Assembly (NCBI RefSeq): GCF_000485595.1
Contig: NW_014577073.1
Coordinates: forward strand, 1,006,834 to 1,049,310
DNA length: 42,477 bases
DNA from: Priapulus caudatus
Taxonomy: Eukaryota
Direction: 5' to 3'
Every line of letters begins with the position of its first letter. The first letter of the stretch is position 1. This document shows, piece after piece, positions 25,701 through 35,791 of the stretch. The translations under genes and the position numbers were made by a program. A model generated the notes under the pieces. It ran no database searches, had not been told where the DNA came from, and saw only the letters and a program-made list of their open reading frames with translations.

Positions 25701-28700
25701 CCACTGATGAACCGCTGTTATAAATGTTTGTGTATACCCTTCTATTTCTTGATTGCCACGTCTCCAAAAAATGCCAGATTTAGCGCAAACAAACTTTGTG
25801 AATTAATAAATAGTTTGCAAAATGTAAGCAAACTGCCATGTCCTTTCGTTCAAGATATACTTAAGTGTAGGGTTCAGCTAGTCAACAGTGTCACTAGGTT
25901 TCAGCTTCACAATCGAAAATCTGTGATAATACTTTGTGCAACCACAAAATAAACTGGTTTTTTAAACCTTATAGTAAGGTAGCATTCAGAAAATAATATC
26001 TTTTTAAAACTTGCTTACTATGAATTTGACTTAACTACATACTATTTACATGCTTTAGTGACACAGATGTATACACAGAAAAGTCAAGTCACTGTGGAGT
26101 CGCTGTGTAAATATTACTCTGCAAAAAAGTGTAGGGTGCTTTTCCCAATGTAAACATCAGAATTCAAGGCAGCTTTTGGCAGTGTTGATTCTATATGATC
26201 GAAATAATTTATGCACAAAATGCTTGCAAAGAACACTACTTTGTGTAGATATTTTGATCGATTTTGGGGGGAAAACAGCTTTAAATATATGTATTCAGAA
26301 TACTTTAATTTGTATGATTTGTAAGCGTGCAACTATCTTCCTTGGTTCATCTAGGAATCAAGCGATGTCCTCATTAAGAGTCCCAAAGTCACAAGGTCCC
26401 ACCGTCGGACGATAAAAGAGCATTCGGTGACTCCTGACGCCCTCGTGCAGCGCGTGAAAGTCGAGCCTGTCGATTCTGACGTAGAAGTGGAGCCGCACGT
26501 ACAGGAGTCACAGAGTCCGCAAATGCCACGCGCTGTAGAGAAGCTCATAGTGCGGACGTCGGGCAGCGGCGGAGGTGTCATGTCTGTCACTAGAGGGCGT
26601 GGAGCACTTGCGCCGAGAGGAGCTTCCGTCAATGTGGCTGGAAGGAAGCTAGCAGTGAGACCGTCGGCCATATGGCCGACGCGGGAAACGAGAACGAAAT
26701 TCGTCGTGCCATTCAAAGGGCGCGCTGCCGCAGCGGGTGGGACCTCCACAACACGGGCAGCAGCTGCAGTGCGGAAAAGGTGAGAGACAATTAAGGAAGG
26801 GGAGAGGGACAGGCAGGGAGAGAGGGAGTGAGGGAGAACCAATAATATAATAAAAACCCATAATAAGTTAATTTTATATTGTCCTTAACTTATGGCAGAA
26901 AATTTTGCTTTCATACTCTTAGTGGTAATTACAAATTTTTGCTGTCACATATTTTTAGATGCTGGAAATTTCATGAAATGTTTTGGCTCGAGCATGGAGA
27001 TACATCTCATCTACAAATCAAACGTGTGATTAATTTGATTTACTAGTCAATAAACGTTTACTCATGATTAGAGCAATAGCCGTGCAAAAGCTTGAGTGTC
27101 TCCTTAAGGCAGAAGGTTCATCATTGACACAAAGGGCTTTAATGTTGATCACAGGCGATCAAGAAACCAACCCATCATCGAATCAACGGACGAGGATGGA
27201 ACGGAAGATGGGTCAGAGTCGAAAACGGAAACCGAGACAGAAGGAGAGGCAGACACTAGGAACAGTGAAGGCAAAGCGTTGCCCAGTGGTGTGCCATCAT
27301 TCCGTGTGCCAGATCGCAATGTAAGCATGTTTTTATCTCATCTGACAGTCAGATGCCATCCATCCATCTATCCGTCAACAATATGGGCACAAATCTAAAC
27401 GGTTTGACATACAGTGTTGATGTTCAGGACGTGGGGGGACAAGCTGAAAGGATATTAGGATGTCGAATTAAGGGGTCAAGGGTTAATGGATAGAAAGGGG
27501 GAAGGAAGGGGAAATATTCCCCCTTAAGTTAAGGTATAGGTGAAAATGCGGAATTGTGGCACAAGTGTAAACAGCTTTACCTATCTCATTAAATAAGTTC
27601 ATTCGGTTGGTAGACTAATACTAAATGGGTTAATTGTTACTCACTCCTGCCAGGAGGCTTTCTCAAAGCTAACTGATGATTATCAGTAGAAACTGTAGAA
27701 AAACAGTAGAAAAGCCATAACTGTCACACAATTTGAGGTCACGGGTCAAAGGCCAGTAGGGCAAAGGACAGATTTTAGACATTCTCTGAGGACATGGTCT
27801 CTGACAGACTGAGTGAAAAACATTGTTTCAGTGATAATCTACATTTTATGGCTTTATTGACCAAGAAATGTACTCTCCACTGATGTGCAAAGAGCAGGGT
27901 TGAACAGCAATTTATTTACTGTTAACAAAATAATGAAATGCTTTTGCTAATGGAACCCATATACCTGTGTGGATGTGTAAGGTTACAATTTCATAGTTAA
28001 ATTTCTTAGTAGAAGAAGGTTTAAGATAAAGCTTAACGAGACTTAATCACTTATGTGAGAGGCATACTGTGCCTCGGCTCTGATGTTGTACTGACTGTGG
28101 GCTCATGTACTAGATGTTAGCAACCACCATGTGTGCGGTTTTACTATCATAAATATCCCCTTCTTCTTGCTTTAGCACTGGCACAGACAGCCAGATGAGC
28201 ACTGTTGCTTTGCAGCACTTGTTACACATGCATTAATGTTATTGTGTGTTAGTTATGCTGGTTTTCTTTTCATTGTGAACCATGCGATGCTATATGTTAT
28301 TGAATGTATATTTGGCAAATCTGTAAACTCTCTGCTAGCTAAGAGTAACAAGGGGTGATTTATCATTTATTTCGAAATTTTATCAATAGATATTCCAAAT
28401 TGCGTTGGATTTTTGTTGCAGCCTCGCATTTTCTCTGGGCATGTTCTGGGCTTTCTGCACAATTCGTGTGTTGCATGCAGCACTGTTATAAATGCAATTA
28501 TACTGTTAATCTTGAGACATGCTACAGTAAGGAACTATCAGACAAAGTTGTTTATTTTTTTTGAGGGTATTTCATCATGTGGATTCCCATAAAAACTTGT
28601 TCTGGTTTCACTGAACTCTATTGATGGTATAATAGTGTAGGTTTTGTTTCATTAGAGTGTAGAGAAGATGCAGCAGCAGCGAAGGGCAGAGTGGCAATGG

Positions 28701-31700
28701 CAAGAGGCAACACGCATCAACAATCTCAGAGGAATCCAAAATGCTAGGGAATATTCAGAGTGAGTGGAACATTTTTTTAACTGCTTACTTAGTTGTCACA
28801 GTTATAAACCAATTACAAGGTGTGATTTCTTCTTCCCTCACAAGGCTTGGTTTACCCACCATTGGCTATATCCTACCAACTCGTTTCACTTCCCCTTTCC
28901 TTTGTTGTTCCTATTCCCACCAATGTTTTACCAAACCTTGTTGGCAAAAAAGACTTACACAAATTTAGCTTCTAAACTGGTATAAATATTCCTTCATAGT
29001 AAACGATTTTTAATGTAACCAAGCACTGTGATGCCATTCGAATATATAGGTTGTAATCAATGCATACGTTTTAGCAGTAGCAACTATGTAGGGAAATTAC
29101 AGTACATAGTTCAGTGAAGTTACGTTTATATCAGAATTAGATAATATAGTAGTTTCCTATTATCTACTTCTGGTTTATATATTACAGTCATTAGATATAG
29201 TAGTGTAGTGATACACACCCGGCCATTAGGCCCTAATAAAAATATTGTTTGTTTGCCCTCACCAGTCCAACCCGCCAATAAGGGGCCAACTCAAACATTT
29301 TTATTGATCTTTCCCTCTTTTTTTTTTTTACAAATTGTATCACTGTACATTATATAAATCTGTAGGCAATACATTATATGTACCAAGCAAAACAAACATT
29401 CAACATAAAAGGTACGTATCTCCACACAAGCACACCTGAGCATGTAGACACCATGCTGAATTTGTAAAAATACCCCTCTCAAAAAAACCTACTTACCTAC
29501 CCAAACTTTTCAGCCGGGGTCAGGTGAGGGCAAACAAATATTTTTTTAATTGTGGCCTTAGATGATAATTATTTCGTTTTGTACTCATTCCTATTCTGTC
29601 CACACCAATCATCTCGCTATTCTCTGCCAGGTACCGAGAGATGATGTCTAAAAGGAAGCCCATGAGCAGAAGAGAGGAGAAGATGCAGGAGAGACTGAGG
29701 CGTGGTCAGTGGGAGTTACAGCTGGCCAAGATCAACTTCCACATCATCAAGTCTCTACCAGCCGGCAGCAAACCAGTAACTCCAAATAACACTCTAGTCT
29801 ATGTTGTCATATGTGAAGAAATGATTGCTCACAACAATGCCAATATGCGACTAGATCTACTATGTGATTGGAGGGGTTTGCTATCAGTGGAGGCTGTTAT
29901 TTATGCTTACTTATGCAACGTTTAAGTATTTTTAATGTCGAGAGTGTACAATTGTTTCGCAGGATGTGAAAGCGTGTGACATGGCCATGCAAGAGTTGGA
30001 CCCATTACCATTGACTGCTAACATGCTAAAAAAGAATCCATACATTGTGAGGACAATCAGAAAGGCAAGTTGTTTCACTTTAGAAGTGTAGATGTAATTT
30101 GGTTAGGTGTACATGCATTACTGTTTGATCGTGGGTGTAATTTAGATGTGCATGCCTCACTTGAAACATGGCATTTCTTGCAGGTGCGTTGTTTCAGACA
30201 GCATCGAAAATTGCAGAACAAAGCTGAGGACCTTTATAACCGGTTCAAAGCGATGTTTATTATTCCAGAAATCGGTTCATTCGATGGGGTGAGTATGTTG
30301 TTTGTATATGAACGGTGCCGTAATTTTCGCATTCAGTAATCAGAGCACAAAATTCAGATTTTTTTGCACTGGCCCAGAGGGCTGGTAACAGCAATTTTTA
30401 CCAGCCCTCACCATAATTTACCAACCCTTACAAATTTTGTTTGTAAAATCAATGTCATGTTTCACACTTGCATTCTCGATTTCAAATTTGTATAAAATGT
30501 TGATAAAGATGGCATGATATCCTTCAGGTAAAACAGTAATGTAGGCTATTTGCTTATTAATGCTATAAATAATAATGTTGATATTCGCTAACACGGCTGA
30601 ACCCACGGGCTCGGAGGGCCGGTGTTTTGCCAATGTTACCGGCCCTCCAAATAATTTGCCAGCATATGCCGGTGGGCCGGTGCTAATTTTGCACCCTGAG
30701 TAATATTGAAAAACGCATTCGAAGCACTTACATTCACACAGTGTTTGTATGTAGTATGTCGTGTCTGTAGTGGTGCTCTTTTCTGTGAAATCAAGTCACG
30801 AGTCTAGCGATTGAAGTCTTTACAAAACTCAATAGAATAGAGTATCAATTGCTTACTTAAATTTAGCTAAATGCATTAAACTATGAGCACCGACTCTTAG
30901 TAGGCAGCTATGTACAGGTAAAAATATTTATGAGTAAAATATACCTGCAGCTATAGTTAGTTTACTTTTAGTGCGTGGCTACAGCTGCGTATGATTTGCA
31001 GTCGTCTTATGGCAGTCATTGTCATACTTAAATTGTGAGTCAACCAGACGGCTGAAGTTAATAAATTGGCTATATTGTGATAAATATTTCTGTGAAGTGT
31101 TACTCATTATTTAGGTGAGTTTCTGTTTGAATCCTTCTGTGGTAGACTTTCGATAATGCAAGCAGGACGTACCTGGAGAGATATCCACAGGTGAAAACGG
31201 GAGATGGCAAGTTGCCTGGGCAGAAACCAACATACTTTGAACGTATGTGGCGTCAAGAGCAGAAAGGTAGTTTTACGTTTGCCAATACAGCATGCTGATT
31301 GATGCAATGCACATATCTACACTACATGTTAATATGTATATAGCGTGTATAGGCACGTTGATGCAGAGATATAGCGGGAGAATTGGCAAATACGCAGTTG
31401 CGCTTCTTGTTTTGTGATGTGTTTGATCTCCCTGTTTTGTTATGCTTTCTGCGCACGTGACTTGCGTATGGATGTAGTGACTGTACATATAGTTACATGA
31501 TATTCCAACTGATAGTTACTTCCACCCAACGGAGTTGGAGGAGGTTATGTTTTCGCTCTCGTGTGTTTGCGTTAGACTGGTACTCGCTCCCACCTCGATT
31601 CCCCCATCGAGTAACTAAGCCGAGAGGTGGGACCGGGTACCAGTCTAGTGTTTGTGTGTTGGTGTGTTCGCACGATCGATATTAGCCAGCCAGCCAGCCA

Positions 31701-33423
31701 GCGCAGCAAGCCAGCTCCTAACACATATGCACTCCGTCAGTGCACTCTGCCTAGCTAAGTCACTCATAGATAAGTGTATAAGGCTGGATTGGTAGGTCCA
31801 TTCATATTATCAGTAGTGTCATAATATAGATAATGTTCTACTATAGTGTTACTTTAGTTGGCGGAGGTATGCACTCCGTAGTGCCTCTAGTTTATCCATG
31901 TGAACTTTCTGCCCACGTAATATTGTGTACAAAGGGATTGTAGATTACTATCCTAAGATTCGTCTGCAGTTATGTTTCTGTCTGGCAGGAATTGATCCGC
32001 GTGCTGACCTATCAGACGACAGTCATGGTGAAAACGCAGTCGTGCCACAACAGAACTACATTTCTACAAACACTGAAGGAGAAACAGTAGACAACGATAA
32101 TCTACAGGGTAAACTAATCGGCCCAGTTTCTTGCAAAGGGAATGTACAGCATTTCATGAACTCACAATTTCTGTTGAAATGTCAGTTATAACGCTGATGC
32201 TTTCTTGGTACGTGATTTCAATTTCCACTACCACATGCAAGCTAGCAAAAAATGTTTGTCTGTTACACAGTTACCGCAGTTACACAGGTAAATCACCAGT
32301 ATAATTATACACATAAAGAGTTTGCTAATATATGGTTTAGTGAACTGTTTACTTGTTAGTTGACTTCTATCCCAACTCTGTGTACATGTGTCGTGTTTAT
32401 AATCCTTTAGATAAAGATATAGCAGCTGCTTCTGTAGCCATAGTTGAAGAACTGCTCAATAGAGTTGTTACTGATGAGGAAAATGACAGCAATGCCCAGT
32501 CTGCTCCAGTACTAGCTGAGATAACTGATAAGGTTACCAAGGAAACAGAGTGTGCTGCAGTGGAGAATGTTCCCATGGAAACAGCTGATGGTGAAAATGA
32601 TGTGACAATGGCAGTCAAGGAGTGTAATGATTCTGAAGACACAAACCTAGGTAATTTCTAATTTCAATCTCTAAAATGAGCTCCTCTACTACATCTGATG
32701 TATGAGGAATATTCAGATATTCAGAATTAGCCTTCATTGTCTGCTTTGTAATTTATTTGTTGCCAGCTAAATGAAAATGTAATTATCTCATATGTTTATG
32801 TAATCACCTTTTTACATCTCTTCTTGCCAAACTATAAGCTGCCCCATGCTCTATAATATTTTATTGTTACCTTTAGATTAAAATAATCTTAATTATAGAA
32901 GTACATATAAACTGCTGAATCCACGACAAGTTGCATCTTTCATATTTTTCATGTTATATGTAGTGTAATTATATAATGTTTAATTGTTATATACTATATC
33001 AAATGTAATTGCTGTAGAATGAAACAATGTGAATATTTGACAAATATTGTGCTTGTTTTTGGAAATTTCTTTAGTATGCATCAATCAATTCACACATGTG
33101 AGTATATGGCAGTAGAACATTAACATTACTGTTATGTTGTATGCTGTGTTATGTGGTGCTAGTAAACAATTAAACATACATATTGGCCTTTTTTATACGT
33201 TGCAACAGGACGAATAACATGGAGGATTAATGAGAGACCTGGGAAAACTGTCTTTAGTTTTATTCTTATTGCGTGTGTTGGTGGGTGGGTGCGTGCGTGT
33301 GTATGTGTGTGTGTGTGTGTATTGCTCATATTGCTCTTCTGTGCAAGTAAAAGTAATGTTGCTAACAACCTGCGTTTCACAGGTAGAAAAAGGTTCACGA
33401 GGAGCTCGCTGACGAAAACCTGA
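22717..33423 (+). CDS. PSIP1/HDGFL2-like: PSIP1/LEDGF-HDGFL2 (HRP-2)/JASPer-family chromatin reader, PWWP + integrase-binding domain; 16 coding exons, about 766 aa
   Basis: Hand-spliced exons 22717-22797, 23587-23660, 23948-24083, 24425-24562, 24975-25101, 25373-25548, 26355-26779, 27155-27320, 28656-28759, 29631-29775, 29963-30064, 30184-30288, 31146-31266, 31989-32108, 32411-32650, 33383-33423 sum to 2301 nt with all intron phases compatible. N-terminus GDKVFAKVKGHPFWPAR...FYGTHETAALWPRNLVPY...KRKAFHDAKWEIVHNP matches the HDGF-type PWWP. LAKINFHIIKSL...DVKACDMAMQELDPL...IVRTIRKVRCFR...KAEDLYNRFKAMF matches the LEDGF IBD. Linker and last exons are less certain. Confidence 0.9.
23587..23660 (+). 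CDS. PSIP1-like exon 2 (VIMAPEGVNLPVGRFFLMFYGTHET)
   Basis: TTTCAG acceptor, AC|GTAGGT donor (phase 2); FYGTHET is the HDGF-family signature. Confidence 0.93.
23948..24083 (+). CDS. PSIP1-like exon 3 (AALWPRNLVPYTEETIAKHGNKPHKRKAFHDAKWEIVHNPDVDPE)
   Basis: TTTCACAG acceptor, GAG|GTACAT donor; matches the PWWP C-terminal helices (cf. KPNKRKGFNEGLWEI). Confidence 0.92.
24425..24562 (+). CDS. PSIP1-like exon 4 (ILIPLSQSSLESKASPRKKRYPLREG...KVKKEKLDLP), basic/NLS-like
   Basis: TTGCAG acceptor (an in-frame alternative CACAG ends at 24445); CCG|GTTTGA donor; open phase 0-0 frame. Confidence 0.7.
24975..25101 (+). CDS. PSIP1-like exon 5 (ASPPSVESSPSISSSGRRIKARNLGDFVLTRPVQLGSSPIKS)
   Basis: TTACAG acceptor; A|GTATTT donor (phase 1) fits the next exon. 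Confidence 0.7.
25373..25548 (+). CDS. PSIP1-like exon 6 (SGISAGVAVKGEELSAKE...RRRRSRLSVGAISPVVAARQ)
   Basis: TTCCCAG acceptor, CAG|GTACAT donor; GC-richer than flanking intron. Confidence 0.75.
26355..26779 (+). CDS. PSIP1-like exon 7 (ESSDVLIKSPKVTRSHRR...VKVEPVDSD...AAAAVRKR), disordered linker
   Basis: CATCTAG acceptor, AG|GTGAGA donor (phase 2); 425-nt open GC-rich frame; VKVE SUMO-consensus motif. Confidence 0.8.
27155..27320 (+). CDS. PSIP1-like exon 8 (RSRNQPIIESTDEDGTEDGSES...SFRVPDRN), acidic
   Basis: ATCACAG acceptor, AAT|GTAAGC donor; phase 2-0 compatible. Confidence 0.8.
28656..28759 (+). CDS. PSIP1-like exon 9 (SVEKMQQQRRAEWQWQEATRINNLRGIQNAREYS)
   Basis: TTTCATTAG acceptor, GA|GTGAGT donor; phase 0-2 compatible. 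Confidence 0.75.
29229..29557. mobile_element. MITE with TTA TSD (PIF/Harbinger- or Zator-type) in PSIP1-like intron 9
   Basis: TTA|GGCC...AT(T)TGTTTGTTTGCCCTCACC on the left and GGTGAGGGCAAACAAATA...GGCC|TTA on the right; about 35-bp imperfect TIR. Confidence 0.75.
29631..29775 (+). CDS. PSIP1-like exon 10 (YREMMSKRK...WELQLAKINFHIIKSLPAGSKP), IBD helix 1
   Basis: TTCTCTGCCAG acceptor, CCA|GTAACT donor; cf. LEDGF RLQRIHAEIKNSL. Confidence 0.88.
29963..30064 (+). CDS. PSIP1-like exon 11 (DVKACDMAMQELDPLPLTANMLKKNPYIVRTIRK), IBD
   Basis: TTTCGCAG acceptor; non-canonical AAG|GCAAGT donor; cf. LEDGF DVNRCIEALDELASLQVT...ITTLKK. Confidence 0.88.
30184..30288 (+). CDS. PSIP1-like exon 12 (VRCFRQHRKLQNKAEDLYNRFKAMFIIPEIGSFDG), end of IBD
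   Basis: TTCTTGCAG acceptor, GGG|GTGAGT donor; cf. LEDGF IRRFK...KSTMLYNKFKNMF. Confidence 0.92.
30341..30698. mobile_element. hAT-like MITE (CAG...CTG) with 6-bp TSD AGTAAT in PSIP1-like intron 12
   Basis: AGTAAT|CAGAGCACAAAATT...AATTTTGCACCCTG|AGTAAT; repeated ACCGGCCC-like subterminal motifs. Confidence 0.7.
31146..31266 (+). CDS. PSIP1-like exon 13 (TFDNASRTYLERYPQVKTGDGKLPGQKPTYFERMWRQEQK)
   Basis: GGTAG acceptor, AAG|GTAGTT donor; phase 0-1 bridges exons 12 and 14. Confidence 0.7.
31516..31892 (+). mobile_element. Non-autonomous Helentron/DINE-1 (HINE)-like element in PSIP1-like intron 13
   Basis: 5' subTIR ACTTCCACCCAAC with adjacent partner GTTGGAGGAGGT; GT and GCCA microsatellites; 3' subTIR GTTGGCGGAGGT; hairpin GCACT-ccgt-AGTGC; ends CTAG-TT. 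Confidence 0.65.
31573..31647. mobile_element. 75-bp palindromic mini-element TAGACTGGTAC...GTACCAGTCTA nested in the HINE-like element
   Basis: 11-bp perfect TIR extending imperfectly (TCCCACCTC/GAGGTGGGA); flanks GTGTTTGCGT / GTGTTTGTGT match 9 of 10. Confidence 0.65.
31989..32108 (+). CDS. PSIP1-like exon 14 (GIDPRADLSDDSHGEN...VDNDNLQ)
   Basis: TCTGGCAG acceptor, G|GTAAAC donor; phase 1-1. Confidence 0.72.
32411..32650 (+). CDS. PSIP1-like exon 15 (DKDIAAASVAIVEELLNRVVTDEEND...DSEDTNL), acidic tail
   Basis: CCTTTAG acceptor; AG|GTAATT donor at 32651, or read-through to TAA at 32659-32661. Confidence 0.75.
33383..33423 (+). CDS. PSIP1-like probable terminal coding exon (GRKRFTRSSLTKT*)
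   Basis: Branch-like GCTAAC (33361) plus TTTCACAG acceptor; phase 1 compatible; AATAAA downstream at 33881. Confidence 0.55.
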
Positions 33424-33880
33424 AGCTATAACAAGATGGCAGCATGGTGTCACCTCGATTCCATGATGGACACGACACTAGCTCATCCGTGTAGATTGCA
33501 GTTAAAGACACTTAAAAGGGTGAATAACAGCATGAGCATATCTCCTGTTAGATGAGAATTATCCGAGTCAAGACGTGTTCAATACTAACTTGAACATATC
33601 TACACAATGTATTGATATAGATCAGGATATAGATGGACATAGATACAGTGTATAGGTATATTAATGGTACTACGTAGTTGGATAAGTATGTAGGGGTCAT
33701 GAGGTTTGTACATGAAACTAGTATATATAGTTGTTGATGAGGATACTGCCAAGTTGGTCATAAATGTTCGTGGATCTTTGCAAGTGGGTTAGATGTGCAT
33801 TGTTTAATTCATTTTTATTATAATTGATTTCATATACATTAGTAAAGATGTATGTTTGCACATTTGTATTTGTAAACTTC

Positions 33881-33886
33881 AATAAA
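33881..33886 (+). terminator. Candidate polyadenylation signal of the PSIP1-like gene
   Basis: AATAAA about 460 nt after the predicted stop, followed by T/GT-rich sequence. Confidence 0.45.
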
Positions 33887-35557
33887 ATGTTAGTTTTAAA
33901 CTTAAGTGTAATGTATACTAAATGCATATTACAAATTAATTTGTTAAAAAACAAATAATTTATTTTCCCTTTACGTGCTAGCCACCATATATTACTTTGC
34001 ATTCCAACTTATAGACTGATAGTGCAATTATAGACTGATAATACCTAGAGAGTAACTTACAGAAACCAAAACCATTAAACATGTGCCTTTTAAATAGTAA
34101 CCACCTCATACACACAATATTCTTGACAACATTTCAACTTCAAAGCAGGCCATTTTGCATTACAGGTTGGTCATACATCAAGATACTAACCGATACATTT
34201 GTCAATGATCCCCACACAAAAATTAAATCACAAGAAAATTGCCACAAACCACATTAAGGCATACTGCTACAATAGGTACAGTGCACACACGGGTACACGT
34301 GTGTATATATACATATTAGTATACTACTAGTGGTACTAGCATATATGTAAATGTGCGTGCGTGTGTGTATACCTTCATGGTAAGACATAGATTGCAGAAA
34401 TGCCTGGATCTGATGGGTGTGCACAGTAAGTGCTCTCAAGGGCACGCCTATTCAATTCTGTAACACATACAGTGACGCTGCAACACTACAAATCTCTGCT
34501 TAGCACGCAGCAAAAAGAGATCGAAGCGAGAAAGAAGAGTGTGGAAACGGTGTCAAGAAGGGAGACTGCACGCGGCGTCACCTGCCAGTGAAAACTGAAT
34601 CTCTTCATACATGCCCAGTGGGCACACGACAATTATTATATACTACAAATCACATGCTAGATTGTATTAAAATTGTTGACAACTACACACGTAGTAGAGA
34701 GGTTTTCACTACCGTAATCACATGTAAATCAAAGTGCTAAACCAAAACCTTAGCCTAATATCGTTAGTTCAAGAGTCATTAACATTAAACTATAACAACA
34801 CACAGACTCACAATCATAACAGCACACATTCAAGCTAATGAGATTTCGGTGGCCTTTCCTGAGATCCCTAAAAGAAACAAGATCTGGCATTCACAGGTGC
34901 TATGAGTAATTATAATTTCCAGCGCGTGCAAAATTATTGATCCGTGTGTGTGCAGGCAAAGGATTACGAAATATTGCACTATGTTCTATAAGTTAACCTT
35001 TAAAACAGCCTGCACAAGCCTTGTCAAAGCTTGATGGGAGGTGTTCTAAGCCAAGCTAGAATGGCATGAGAGCAACTAAATGCCAGATGGTGTTCCTTTA
35101 ATATGAAGAATCACGAGTAAGTATCAAACCAGTGCCAGGACCTTTGGAAGATTCATTTTATACGAAAACAATCTAAAAATATAAACGTTTTATTATGTTG
35201 CAGCATGTGTAATTCCTCAGTACATAAAAAAGTAATAGATGAGATACAAGGCATAAATCATCAAATGATTTAGAATAATATGACGTGTATGTCTGCATTA
35301 TAATTAATCCATGCACACAAATGTCTTTCCACTTCTTCAAACCAATTACAGCTTCAATGAACCTGTACAGCAGAGAATAAATAAGGTTGCCAAAGATTTT
35401 TCTTGCGCTCTGTAAAAATAGTTTAACCATGATTTACAATACTAACATCCAGCAGAACAATTTTTTGTACCACTAGCATTCAAGTGCTTATACCCATGAA
35501 CTTATTAACGTGGTGTTACCCACAAGGGTAGGTTTTAATGTAAGCCATTGCAGTCCT

Positions 35558-35791
35558 TTAAGTCGAAACATTTTTTAATGGTTTTTTCTCAGAGAAGAAA
35601 CTTCTGAGCACAAGCACTTGTCCACACATAATAGAGACAATGACGATAGATTGGCCAATAGAGTACCACTGCACCCTGCTGCTGAGATCCTCGGCACGTT
35701 TCCTTCCCTGTGTTTCACGAAGACGATGGTGTGTCTGATAGTCTACCATATCTCTAAGCGAACTATGAACCGCTTCTGACGAAGACTCCAT
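35558..35791 (-). CDS. TMED7-like exon 4 (MESSSEAVH...[15 protein letters not shown])
   Basis: TATTTGCAG acceptor; coiled coil, TM segment and FF/KK tail; TAA stop. Confidence 0.95.
   Translation of the reverse strand: MESSSEAVHSSLRDMVDYQTHHRLRETQGRKRAEDLSSRVQWYSIGQSIVIVSIMCGQVLVLRSFFSEKKPLKNVST

Noticed and set aside
26351..26842. 163-aa antisense ORF
   Set aside because: Shadow of GC-rich PSIP1-like exon 7
27613..27635. Hammerhead ribozyme core (CTGATGA...GAAA)
   Set aside because: No stem II or flanking stems I/III can be formed; other CTGANGA sites checked also failed
27635..28095. Second degenerate Helentron/HINE-like element (TTTGAGGTCACGGGTCAAAGG core)
   Set aside because: Termini too decayed to delimit by eye
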